Below are positions 8,030 to 16,655 of a DNA stretch of 64,000 nt, in pieces. The notes beneath the pieces are model-generated. The model was not told the DNA's origin. It searched no databases and worked only from the letters and a program-made list of their open reading frames with translations. A program made the position numbers and the translations under genes. This stretch comes from a virus (taxonomy: Duplodnaviria; Caudoviricetes), in IMG/VR virus record IMGVR_UViG_3300027809_000006, positions 4,411 to 68,410 of that record; one strand, given 5' to 3'. The number at the start of each line of letters is the position of its first letter. The stretch's first letter is position 1.

Positions 8030-8686
8030 ATGAAACTCCAAAGCATCATTCATCCTGCTACCTCCGTCACATTTCCTGCTTTCATGGCAGAACGTGTTTA
8101 CATGAGGGAATTTCACAAACAAGAAGGCTTGCCAGAGGATTTGAAACATTGGCAACCTACTGTTGACGCTATGCTATCAGGTGTCGATACGGACAATCCC
8201 ATTTACATTATAATTGATTGTGGAATTATCCAAGCGGGTAACACCCATCGTCGTAAGGGATTACATATCGATGGTTATTGGAACCCCGGTTTATCTGCCC
8301 ATGGTAATACTGGCCATAGGTCAATTCCTAGTGGACATGGTGGTGGAGGACGTAGGCACTCTTATGAACCTCCTAGCCACAAGGGTAAAAGTCCCTTTCA
8401 TAGTTCTGGCTCCGATACTTGGAAAGACTCCACCTTTGAAGAACCTGAGGGGCTTATCCTTGCATCCTCTCTTGCTGCCTGTATTGGGTATGTAGGGGAG
8501 TTTGAAGGCCCAATTGGTGAGGGTGGTGATTGCTCTCACATTGATTTATCAGGTCTTATGAAAATCGATATGCAAGCCAATGTTGCATATTGGGGAAATG
8601 TCACAAATCTGCATGAGTCCATTCCGGTTAAATCAGATTGTGAACGTCAACTTGTCCGTCTGAATGTTCCGGGCTGGACACCTTAA
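8030..8686 (+). CDS. 2OG-Fe(II) dioxygenase-like protein
   Basis: H-x-D (GLHIDG), distal His (LHES) and C-terminal RQLVRL strand; ATG 8030 after GAGGG. Confidence 0.7.
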   Translation: MKLQSIIHPATSVTFPAFMAERVYMREFHKQEGLPEDLKHWQPTVDAMLSGVDTDNPIYIIIDCGIIQAGNTHRRKGLHIDGYWNPGLSAHGNTGHRSIPSGHGGGGRRHSYEPPSHKGKSPFHSSGSDTWKDSTFEEPEGLILASSLAACIGYVGEFEGPIGEGGDCSHIDLSGLMKIDMQANVAYWGNVTNLHESIPVKSDCERQLVRLNVPGWTP

Positions 8687-8698
8687 TAGGGGATATAA

Positions 8699-9088
8699 AT
8701 GATTAAGAAATTTTTTGTTGCCACACTGTTTGCTGTAATAACAGGAGTGGTGCTTTCTTCATGCAGTGATGCTGATGTGGCAAGTGCCAATTTGTCTCGT
8801 GCGGCAGATCAATTTGAAGTCAACCGTCGTGTCGTCTTCTATAACGGCATTACAGGGGATTATATCTTATCTGTCGAGGGACTTTGTAGTCTCGGCAATC
8901 AGGATAGTGCAGGACAACTCTCTGTTACCTGTAAAACCGGTCCGGGTGAGTATAAAAAGCATTTCCTTGGGTTGTCTGACAATGTGACTTACTTTGCTGA
9001 GCAAATTCAAGGGTCGTCTGTCAGTACGTACCACTATAAGGTCATCTTCAAACCGTCGGTCATCATTCCTGACATTGATTTGAAGTAG
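8699..9088 (+). CDS. Conserved phage lipoprotein
   Basis: Lipobox LSSC; SDADVASANLSRAADQFEVNRRVVFYNGIT...YKKHFLGLSDNVTYFAEQ matches a widespread phage lipoprotein family. Confidence 0.85.
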   Translation: MIKKFFVATLFAVITGVVLSSCSDADVASANLSRAADQFEVNRRVVFYNGITGDYILSVEGLCSLGNQDSAGQLSVTCKTGPGEYKKHFLGLSDNVTYFAEQIQGSSVSTYHYKVIFKPSVIIPDIDLK

Positions 9089-9099
9089 GGGATTGAGAC

Positions 9100-9393
9100 A
9101 TGACTATCGATTTGACAAAACTTCTCACCTTCATTTTGGCACCTATCATACTGGTGATACTCATTGGTTATGAAGCCTTCTTTGTGTGGTATCTTTGGGC
9201 ATGGTTCGTTGTGCCTTTTGGTATCCAACAGTTAGGTGTTTGGCATATCGCCGGACTTCTATTGATTAGTGGTTTCTTCAAACGGACAATCAAAAAGAAT
9301 GATAAGACTGATTGGCTTGATATGACCAAGTGGCTTATTGCTCCTTGGTTTATTCTGTTGGTTGGCTATATCATTCGCTTTTATATTATGTGA
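9100..9393 (+). CDS. Membrane protein
   Basis: Three hydrophobic segments; YLWAWFVVPFGI motif. Confidence 0.75.
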   Translation: MTIDLTKLLTFILAPIILVILIGYEAFFVWYLWAWFVVPFGIQQLGVWHIAGLLLISGFFKRTIKKNDKTDWLDMTKWLIAPWFILLVGYIIRFYIM

Positions 9394-9618
9394 CAAACAT
9401 AATCCGAGGGATTGAAGATGGCTAGAGACAGTCCGTAACTAATCCATAGGACGCAATGTGCTTTCAAAAGAAAGACGGTCCTATTCAAATTAGATAAATA
9501 TATATATATAAAGATAGTATGGAACGCCTGTAGGGTTGACGGCGTGTTGATATAAATAGACCTACATCAAGCATGTAGAAAATGAGGTTTTGTTATGTAA
9601 CAGGTTGGGTATACAATA

Positions 9619-9756
9619 GGTGAGGGGAGATACCCCTAGAACATGCCCCTCACCACCATATTAGCTTTTATATGACATGTGGTATTCTAACCATTCTTTC
9701 TCCTCCGTTGCTATGGTTAGCCCCTCCCTACAGTACCACATGTCACCTAAAGGTTA
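9619..9756 (+). ncRNA. Putative structured noncoding RNA (two stem-loops; strand assumed)
   Basis: GGTGAGGGG/CCCCTCACC (9619-9654); TGACATGTGGTA/TACCACATGTCA 12-bp stem enclosing CTAACCAT/ATGGTTAG, in a ~390-nt intergenic gap. Confidence 0.45.
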
Positions 9757-9781
9757 ACCAAATAGGCCGGAGTACCTCCTA

Positions 9782-9976
9782 ATGATCGTTTATTTCCTTG
9801 TCCTTACCTTTTGGTATGGAAGCCAATCACCATCTACAACAATAATCCCTCAAACGTATCAGACCAAAGAGGCTTGTGAAGCGGCGGCAATGTCAAGCAT
9901 ATCGGAATACAACAAGCGTTCCGGCTTTAGGGATGTAGATTTTATGTGTGTTCCGTGGAATCAAGAGGGTGACTAA
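9782..9976 (+). CDS. Small exported/membrane-anchored protein
   Basis: MIVYFLVLTF...QTKEACEAA...FMCVP pattern common in small phage proteins. Confidence 0.65.
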   Translation: MIVYFLVLTFWYGSQSPSTTIIPQTYQTKEACEAAAMSSISEYNKRSGFRDVDFMCVPWNQEGD

Positions 9977-10270
9977 ATGCAACCTAGATTCGATGTTGAT
10001 GATGAGGTCAAATGTAATGATCACTTGCAATACATAGGTTTCCCTTCAAATAGAAGATATTATCTTCAAGGGTTAACCCGAAAGAAGAAATATTTTGTTG
10101 TTAAAGTGGTTAATTGGAGTGATGGTTCCCAATCCATTTGGGTTAAAACTAGATATAGTGAAACCATCCGTGGCCCATTTATCTGGACTAGGTTTAAATA
10201 TTATTATGAAACTGTTAGGATACTACAATACGATCCCAATCAACAAGGTGATACTGATGAAGATATTTAA
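9977..10270 (+). CDS. YDPxQQGD-tail family protein 1
   Basis: Starts MQPRFDVDDEVKC; ends LQYDPNQQGDTDEDI*. Confidence 0.85.
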   Translation: MQPRFDVDDEVKCNDHLQYIGFPSNRRYYLQGLTRKKKYFVVKVVNWSDGSQSIWVKTRYSETIRGPFIWTRFKYYYETVRILQYDPNQQGDTDEDI

Positions 10271-10469
10271 TAGAGCGCTCGTAGCAGCAGCCATGGGCTT
10301 CGTCCTTCTTGTTACCTTTGGGTGTGAAAGATATCCTGAATATCATCAAGCTTATAATGATTGTGTCTATCGACTCACCAAAAAGAGGATTAGTCCTCCT
10401 GAAAAATATGAATATTGTAGGTGGTTTGCTAAGCAGTATGTAGGTGTTCAAAATGAAATACACGAATAG
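10257..10469 (+). CDS. Putative lipoprotein
   Basis: ATG at 10257 inside the upstream tail repeat; MKIFNRALVAAAMGFVLLVTFGC (lipobox-like Cys). Confidence 0.65.
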   Translation: MKIFNRALVAAAMGFVLLVTFGCERYPEYHQAYNDCVYRLTKKRISPPEKYEYCRWFAKQYVGVQNEIHE

Positions 10470-10576
10470 GCATGGTGCCATTTGGTCCATTGTGGATCGT
10501 ATCCAGACAGCACCTGATATGCGCAAAACGATCCATCATGACAAAGAAACCTATCATCGGGACAGGGATTTGAAAA

Positions 10577-10945
10577 ATGCATTCCGTTTGTAAATCGTTT
10601 GAAGTTGGTAAGCTTTACAAAAAGAAGGGTCATATCGGCCTTTATAAATGTCTGAGTATCCACCTATTCAGGAAAGACGAACAGTGTGGTGTAATGCAAT
10701 ATGTACGCCCTGATGGTGTTGTGTCCAGTGACCCTGAGGACAAAGGGGATATTCCTTCTGTGTTCAAATGGGATGACACATGGTATGAACACAAAGAGCC
10801 TGTTGTCATAAAGGAACGGAGACTCGTTCTCATTGATGGGAATGATGTTTACCTCCCTACGCAAAAATCGTCATACGGCACAGTCATAGGTGAAATCGAG
10901 GTTGTCATCACCGATAGTAAGCTTATTGATGTGAGGGTTGTGTGA
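10577..10945 (+). CDS. SH3-like small phage protein (untagged)
   Basis: FEVGKLYK start; WYEHKEP motif. Confidence 0.7.
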   Translation: MHSVCKSFEVGKLYKKKGHIGLYKCLSIHLFRKDEQCGVMQYVRPDGVVSSDPEDKGDIPSVFKWDDTWYEHKEPVVIKERRLVLIDGNDVYLPTQKSSYGTVIGEIEVVITDSKLIDVRVV

Positions 10946-11292
10946 TGTTCGAGGTCGGTAAGAAGTATAAGGGAGTAAACACAGGCATTATCTTTACTTG
11001 TGTGTGGGCAAACAATAAGCAAGCTACCCTTACATCTGATATTAGTGGTATGGCTATCCTTGTTGAATGGGATAGGTCTGGTCCTTACTATAAAGAGTAT
11101 ATTGAACCCCGTAAGGAATACTATAACGCCTATAAGGATAGTAAGGGAGTGGTTACTTATAGTAATCCCTATGATGATGTCAAGACCGCAGACGCTGTGG
11201 CAAGAGGATATCTTGATTACTATGGCCGCCTTATCATGACCCATCACAGTGAAACACATGTGGACGTAGAGTTCCACCTCAAGAGAAAGTAA
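10942..11292 (+). CDS. SH3-like small phage protein (untagged)
   Basis: MFEVGKKYKG start; YKEYIEPRKEYYNAY; overlaps the previous stop. Confidence 0.75.
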   Translation: MMFEVGKKYKGVNTGIIFTCVWANNKQATLTSDISGMAILVEWDRSGPYYKEYIEPRKEYYNAYKDSKGVVTYSNPYDDVKTADAVARGYLDYYGRLIMTHHSETHVDVEFHLKRK

Positions 11293-11302
11293 AATACTTA
11301 GT

Positions 11303-11716
11303 ATGTTGGCAGTAGTTTATGGCACCCTCAAGAAGGGTTATTCGAACAATGGTTTCCTTCGTAATGCTACCTTTGTGCAGGGTGGTATTGTCCGTGGACA
11401 CAAGCTTTATTATGCTGGCTTCCCTGTTGCTGCCCCATCTGAGGGTGATTGCATCAAGGTTGAAGTGTGGGATATTGGTGATCCCTCTACGGACACAACA
11501 GCAGCAGCTACCTTGAAGGGTATGGACCGCCTTGAAGGCTATCATGAGGATAGTGAGAGGGGTAGCATGTACCTCCGTAGGGGTGTAACTATCTTTGCTG
11601 ACGATGGCACTCGTCTTGAAGGGCAGATGTATGTTGGCAATGCCCGTACATGGCGAGACTTCAAGGGTATGAGGGAGATGGGTAAAGATGAAACTGGCAT
11701 CTATCAATGGCCCTGA
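11303..11716 (+). CDS. Gamma-glutamylcyclotransferase (AIG2/GGCT family)
   Basis: VVYGTLKKG N-terminal motif, KVEVWDI and MDRLEGY (catalytic Glu). Confidence 0.9.
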   Translation: MLAVVYGTLKKGYSNNGFLRNATFVQGGIVRGHKLYYAGFPVAAPSEGDCIKVEVWDIGDPSTDTTAAATLKGMDRLEGYHEDSERGSMYLRRGVTIFADDGTRLEGQMYVGNARTWRDFKGMREMGKDETGIYQWP

Positions 11717-11978
11717 GGATTTTCAGGTAGGTCGTGTTATTGTACGGAATAATCCCAGACAAAGTAAGTATCGAGAAGAGTATGAAATTGTAGGTTCTCT
11801 TATTAATGGACAAATGAAATTTGAGGCTAATTCCTACGAAGGGTCAGTACTACTTTCTAAAAATACTTATAATTTTCGTGTACCTGAGGATTTCGGTACT
11901 TTAAGTGTTTGGGGTTATTACACAAAGGAACTCCAATATGACCCCATGCAACAAGGAGACAAGGATGAGGATATCTGA
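11688..11978 (+). CDS. YDPxQQGD-tail family protein 2
   Basis: FQVGRVIVR; ends LQYDPMQQGDKDEDI*. Confidence 0.8.
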   Translation: MKLASINGPEDFQVGRVIVRNNPRQSKYREEYEIVGSLINGQMKFEANSYEGSVLLSKNTYNFRVPEDFGTLSVWGYYTKELQYDPMQQGDKDEDI

Positions 11979-12123
11979 TAACATTGATCTTGAAGCTCAA
12001 CTCTTTGTTGAGGGGCGTAAAGCAGCAGCTTCGGCTTATCGTAGAGCCGTTAAGAATGTGAGGAAAGCACATTGGGTAATCAAGAGTTCAAGGGGCCAAA
12101 TACTACATACATCCAATGTGTGA
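11965..12123 (+). CDS. Small hypothetical protein
   Basis: ATG 11965 inside the tail repeat, preceded by AAGGAG; MRISDNIDLEAQLFVEGRK. Confidence 0.5.
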   Translation: MRISDNIDLEAQLFVEGRKAAASAYRRAVKNVRKAHWVIKSSRGQILHTSNV

Positions 12124-12329
12124 ACCGTATTAACAACCGAACTAATATGTCCTATAGGTATTTAACCCTTGGGGCTATTTATCCATTAGTACATGACCAT
12201 GGTCGTGTCTATAGTATTATGACACCAAGGGGTGAAACACATTACCCTAGCCGACAATTCAAAATTGTAACAAACCCTGAGCTTCGATATGATCCGAACC
12301 AACAAGGGGATAGAGATGAGGATATTTAA
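12072..12329 (+). CDS. YDPxQQGD-tail family protein 3
   Basis: Ends LRYDPNQQGDRDEDI*; TTG start after GAGGA. Confidence 0.8.
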   Translation: MGNQEFKGPNTTYIQCVNRINNRTNMSYRYLTLGAIYPLVHDHGRVYSIMTPRGETHYPSRQFKIVTNPELRYDPNQQGDRDEDI

Positions 12330-13604
12330 GTGACTGGTATTGACTTTATGGCAGGTCTTGCTGCCTCCGCTGCTGCTGATGCAAAGGGTGAAAAGAAGGA
12401 AGAAAAAACTATTACTTCAACCAGTGGTGTTAAGAAGGTGTTCTATCGTCAGGGGAATGTCTTTCAAATCATTGATGAACCGAAGTTTGATTTTCTTGAC
12501 AACCTCCCTGCTGGTACATATTCCATTTGTGCATCTATGGAAGGTTACTATCTTGAACGTCGAGATGACTTTGGTATTGACCATAAGGTGTATGGCATTG
12601 CCAACTCCCGTGCACAACGTATTATGAATACCTTTGAAGAACGTTCTGGTAATACCGGCCTTCTTCTTGAAGGTGAAAAAGGTTCAGGCAAAACACTGCT
12701 CACAAAGGTACTGGCCCGTGATTTCGTAGCTAAGGGTTATGTGTGCCTTCTGGTAAGTGGTGCCTTCTGTGGTCCGGGCTTTAATGACTTCCTTGCCAAC
12801 ATCAAACAGCCTGCATTGGTTGTTTTTGATGAGTTCGAGAAGATGTACAATGACGAGAAACAGACTCTGTTGTTGTCCACCTTTGATGGTTTGTTCAGTG
12901 CCAAGAAGCTTTTTGCTGTCACTGTCAACGACACCTACAAAGTGAATGCCTACTTCAAGAACCGTCCGGGTCGCTTTATGTATCGGTATAATTACACTGG
13001 TCTTGAAGACGAATTTATTAAGGAATATTGTGAGGACAACCTTAAAGACCAATCACAAATCCCAAAAATACTTACCTTTGCTACTGTTATGGGTAAATTT
13101 AACTTCGATATGCTCAAGCATATGGTGGAGGATATGAACCGTTATAAGGAAACAGTGGGGGATGTTCTCAAACACCTAAATATTCAAACAGATGGTAATT
13201 CCTATATTCGGGCACAACTTACCGCTATGTTTGATGATAAGGGAAATAAGATTGAACTTACTGAGTCTGATCTTAGACGAATTCATTCCATTCTTCCCTT
13301 TGGTTCATTCACCATTGAAGTTCATAAACAGATGGAAGAGGGTGATGATAAGAAGAAGGCTACTAAGGATGATGCCCTTAACCGTCTTTTGACTAGTGCC
13401 CTTAAACGTCGAAAAGAGCAGTATGGACACGAAGATGATGACGATGAGGATGAAGATGAAACAGCCTCAGTTATTATTAACGGCTCGAAGGACCTTACAA
13501 AGTTCACTCAGGAGCATATCATTTATCGTAATGATATTGGTGAATTTCATTTCCGTAAGGCTATTATGGAAGAAAAGAAACAGTTTGGAGGTATTCTTGA
13601 ATGA
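12330..13604 (+). CDS. AAA+ ATPase
   Basis: Walker A GEKGSGKT, Walker B VVFDEFEK, FKNRPGRF arginine-finger region. Confidence 0.92.
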   Translation: MTGIDFMAGLAASAAADAKGEKKEEKTITSTSGVKKVFYRQGNVFQIIDEPKFDFLDNLPAGTYSICASMEGYYLERRDDFGIDHKVYGIANSRAQRIMNTFEERSGNTGLLLEGEKGSGKTLLTKVLARDFVAKGYVCLLVSGAFCGPGFNDFLANIKQPALVVFDEFEKMYNDEKQTLLLSTFDGLFSAKKLFAVTVNDTYKVNAYFKNRPGRFMYRYNYTGLEDEFIKEYCEDNLKDQSQIPKILTFATVMGKFNFDMLKHMVEDMNRYKETVGDVLKHLNIQTDGNSYIRAQLTAMFDDKGNKIELTESDLRRIHSILPFGSFTIEVHKQMEEGDDKKKATKDDALNRLLTSALKRRKEQYGHEDDDDEDEDETASVIINGSKDLTKFTQEHIIYRNDIGEFHFRKAIMEEKKQFGGILE

Positions 13605-13828
13605 CACAAAAAATGTTCCGTATCTCTCCACTTCCCTATAAGGACGGAGAGGTTTGCGTGGTGGATATCAGTGAGGAAGGGGCTGACTGGCGTACTCTTC
13701 CTACTCCATTTCCATCTCGTGAAGAAGCAGAGAAATTCGTTGATGAGATGATTAAGGGTTTTGAAATCCTTGAAGCTTATCAAGTGAAGAACCCTCCCTA
13801 TCTGTACCCTAAAAGGTTGTTGAACTAA
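13601..13828 (+). CDS. Hypothetical protein
   Basis: 75 aa, overlapping stop/start with both neighbours. Confidence 0.7.
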   Translation: MTQKMFRISPLPYKDGEVCVVDISEEGADWRTLPTPFPSREEAEKFVDEMIKGFEILEAYQVKNPPYLYPKRLLN

Positions 13829-14319
13829 TGAACATATTTGCGACCTATGATTCCCCTATCCAAAGTGCATTAGCATTGGACGACAAACGTTTAGTGAAGA
13901 TGATACTTGAGACTGCACAGATGCTTTCTACCGCACTGCGTAGACATGGTGTGGGAAATGGGCCGCATTATAAATCAGCCTACCAGAAGCACCCTTGCAC
14001 CCTTTGGACGGGGAGGACAAGAGGTAACTTCGGATGGTTGGTTGATCATGGATTAGCCCTTTGCGCTATCTATAGCAGCATCTATAAGCGAGTCCATGGA
14101 TGTGAAGGAGTGATTCAGTTTGCGGATCGAAATAGGCATAAGGTCCCTTCTGGATCACTCCAACCGTTTGTTGATTGTACTGAGTTCAAAATACGTATCG
14201 ACTTGTCTGTTTGTGAACGATACCGTTTGTTCATGAATCTCAAGTGGACAGAACGGGATAGTAGACCACCTGTTTGGACTCGTAGGAAAACACCTGATTG
14301 GTATAAGGGGCGGACATGA
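13828..14319 (+). CDS. Pyrimidine-dimer DNA glycosylase/endonuclease V-like family protein
   Basis: MNIF...DDKRLVKMILETAQMLSTA...YKSAYQKHPCTLW family signature. Confidence 0.8.
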   Translation: MNIFATYDSPIQSALALDDKRLVKMILETAQMLSTALRRHGVGNGPHYKSAYQKHPCTLWTGRTRGNFGWLVDHGLALCAIYSSIYKRVHGCEGVIQFADRNRHKVPSGSLQPFVDCTEFKIRIDLSVCERYRLFMNLKWTERDSRPPVWTRRKTPDWYKGRT

Positions 14320-14555
14320 GTGATTGTGATGTTTGGATAGATATTGACAGGGCCACTAGTACCAAGATTAAAAGGAAGTACATTGCAGGTATAACCTCCA
14401 GTGTCGAATATCGAGGTGTATACAGTGAAGGTGACACAACTGTATATGTTCTCAGTATATACATGTGCTACGGTGAAAGGTATACTATGGACTTCCCTGA
14501 TAGGAAATCTATGGTTGAATTCATTGAACATGCATTGATGGGAGTATACGGATGA
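14316..14555 (+). CDS. Hypothetical protein
   Basis: 79 aa, ATGA overlaps at both ends. Confidence 0.6.
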   Translation: MSDCDVWIDIDRATSTKIKRKYIAGITSSVEYRGVYSEGDTTVYVLSIYMCYGERYTMDFPDRKSMVEFIEHALMGVYG

Positions 14556-14902
14556 TCATTCTTCCATATCAAAGACCTTTACTCATTCTTTTGTTAGCTC
14601 TTATATTGAGCCTTACAATTCATGGGATATTTATCCTTGGATGTTTCATTATGTATCTTGACATGATGGCTCGGTATAAAGACTACCTTCGTATTAAGGA
14701 CACAAAGTTCACAGTAGCTATGACCTACAGGTTGGGTCATTCGTGGTGTGGAAGGGGTGTCTGTTTGTATGTGTGGCCCAAAGAGGCTAAACAATTGTAT
14801 GATGCATTAGGATATCGTTGGTATCACATCTTTCCTGATGGTTTCCCTTTAGTATTCACTAAACTTTCCTTTTGGAAATCTGTTGTGGGGTACAAAAAAT
14901 GA
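14552..14902 (+). CDS. Membrane-anchored hypothetical protein
   Basis: Hydrophobic N-terminus; SWCGRGV...ALGYRWYHIFPDGFP. Confidence 0.7.
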   Translation: MIILPYQRPLLILLLALILSLTIHGIFILGCFIMYLDMMARYKDYLRIKDTKFTVAMTYRLGHSWCGRGVCLYVWPKEAKQLYDALGYRWYHIFPDGFPLVFTKLSFWKSVVGYKK

Positions 14903-15246
14903 CATTCCATATTGGACAAAAAGTTGTTTGTATAGATGATAGACCACATGCTGGTACAAATAATGGTAGGGCTGAGTGGCGTAGTGTTGAAGAAGCTCCT
15001 GTAAATGGGCAAATTTATACTGTACGAAGTGTTCACACTGATCATTTAAATAACCCTGTATTGTGGTTTAATGAAATAAGAAGATCACAATATGCCATTG
15101 ATTCCCATGGACCCAAAGTTGGTTATGGTGTTTGGAGGTTCCGTCCCCTTGTAGACGACCATAAGGGTATGACCATTCTTCGCAGCATTCTCAACGATCC
15201 ACAACAATTCATCCGTAAGGATAAGTTCGATAAGGAAAAGGTGTAA
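14899..15246 (+). CDS. SH3-like small phage protein (untagged)
   Basis: ATG 14899; MTFHIGQKVVCIDD...GQIYTVR...RFRPLV. Confidence 0.8.
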   Translation: MTFHIGQKVVCIDDRPHAGTNNGRAEWRSVEEAPVNGQIYTVRSVHTDHLNNPVLWFNEIRRSQYAIDSHGPKVGYGVWRFRPLVDDHKGMTILRSILNDPQQFIRKDKFDKEKV

Positions 15247-15602
15247 TGAACTCTCTATCTTGGGTACTGTATTTTATTGATGTGTTAGGGAACCTTCAAT
15301 TTGTTTGTACAGCCATTACAATTTTTGGTGGTTGTGGTGTATTCTTCTTAACGTGTGTATACTTTGAGGAATACGACAAACGATATGCTCGTAGTTGTGT
15401 GCATGGTATCATCCCCATCATTTGTTGGGTGTTCATCCTACTGACACTTGCCACTGCTATTGCAATTCCCTCAAAACAAACAATGCAACTAATTGCAGTA
15501 AGTGAAGCATCTGAAATGGTCGTTATGAACGAAGAAATTCGTGATGTAATGAAAGATGTCAAAGAAGTTCTTAGGACTCAACTTAGTAAATTAAAGGAGT
15601 GA
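15246..15602 (+). CDS. Membrane protein
   Basis: Two hydrophobic helices then IPSKQTMQLIAVSE, a common phage motif. Confidence 0.75.
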   Translation: MNSLSWVLYFIDVLGNLQFVCTAITIFGGCGVFFLTCVYFEEYDKRYARSCVHGIIPIICWVFILLTLATAIAIPSKQTMQLIAVSEASEMVVMNEEIRDVMKDVKEVLRTQLSKLKE

Positions 15603-15605
15603 CTG

Positions 15606-16037
15606 ATGTTTAATATTGACTTTCTTAACACACTTCCTTTCCCTATTGCCATCATCATTGTCATTACTGTTGCTGTAGGTATATTCACTACACTGTTTAT
15701 CTGTGGATTTTTAATCTCGGCATTCTTTAATCGCCAGAGAGTTCAAAGACGAGGTGACAAGTACTATGTGGTAAAAGGCAGTGGAGTTGGTAAATTGTAC
15801 TTGACTTACCATTGGGGACAACCTGATTGGACTTATTCAAGAAACTACGCTGGAATTTGGCATGATCGGGATACTGCACTAACCCATCTGACTAGACCAC
15901 CCGGTCCATACCGTAAGTGGAAACAGAAGCAAGAGTATAAGAGGGTAAGGGCAGAGCAGGAAGCTCGTCTTAAGGCTCATCAGGAGAAGATGCTTAAGGT
16001 TCGTTTGGACTTTTCCAACTACGGAGGGACTGACTAA
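15606..16037 (+). CDS. Membrane-anchored hypothetical protein
   Basis: N-terminal TM segment, AAGGAG SD. Confidence 0.7.
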   Translation: MFNIDFLNTLPFPIAIIIVITVAVGIFTTLFICGFLISAFFNRQRVQRRGDKYYVVKGSGVGKLYLTYHWGQPDWTYSRNYAGIWHDRDTALTHLTRPPGPYRKWKQKQEYKRVRAEQEARLKAHQEKMLKVRLDFSNYGGTD

Positions 16038-16077
16038 TCGGTCTTTAAAGTCTAAATCCTAAACTTCCTATGGATTA

Positions 16078-16107
16078 ATTATATCATATCCGAAAGCCCT
16101 TTGTCAA
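16078..16107 (-). promoter_or_regulatory. Antisense consensus sigma70 promoter inside the + strand arm
   Basis: Minus strand TTGACA (16107-16102), 18-nt spacer, TG-preceded TATAAT (16083-16078). Confidence 0.6.
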
Positions 16108-16137
16108 GGGTATTAACAAATAAAAGGTAGGAAATTT

Positions 16138-16629
16138 ATGAGAAACTTAGAAGATATGGTTGGTAAGACCTTTGTTGAAGTAGACGTTGGTGGAGTAGAT
16201 AATGCCTTCTTTGTCTTTCATACAGCTAGTGGAGAAAAATATAGGTTTATTCACCATCAGGATTGTTGTGAAAATGTTGATCTAATTGACTTTGATTACG
16301 ATGATCTTCAATTACTATTAAATAGTCCTATTCTTCTTGCTGAAGAACGCTCTTTGGAAAATGAACGTCCTGAAGGTTGGTATGAAGATGATGCTGAACA
16401 ATGGACCTTTTATTGTCTTGCTACTGTGAAGGGTCATGTTGACATTCGCTTCTTTGGTAGCTCTAATGGCTATTATGGTGTTGAGGTAGATGTAGAAAAA
16501 TGGGACCCTAATTTTGAAGTAAAATGGATGAATGGGATTACTAAAAAGGGACGATGGGTTCAAATACCTAAACCTTCAATATTAAAATATGATCCCACCC
16601 AACAGGGTGATAAGGATGAAGACATTTAA
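16138..16629 (+). CDS. YDPxQQGD-tail family protein 4 (conserved phage domain HHQDCCENV...WTFY...GSSNGYY plus tail)
   Basis: Recognisable widespread phage domain followed by LKYDPTQQGDKDEDI*. Confidence 0.88.
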   Translation: MRNLEDMVGKTFVEVDVGGVDNAFFVFHTASGEKYRFIHHQDCCENVDLIDFDYDDLQLLLNSPILLAEERSLENERPEGWYEDDAEQWTFYCLATVKGHVDIRFFGSSNGYYGVEVDVEKWDPNFEVKWMNGITKKGRWVQIPKPSILKYDPTQQGDKDEDI

Positions 16630-16655
16630 TTTTAACTAATCAAAAGGACTCACAA

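Noticed and set aside
9950-9976. ORF 9782..9976 ending NQEGD; also ends SPEDI (37338) and DADGDI (23889)
   Set aside because: Only partial similarity to the tag; they lack YDP and the full QQGD..EDI, so they were not counted as copies.
13430-13462. GATGATGACGATGAGGATGAAGATGAA tract
   Set aside because: An ordinary poly-Asp/Glu linker inside the AAA ATPase.
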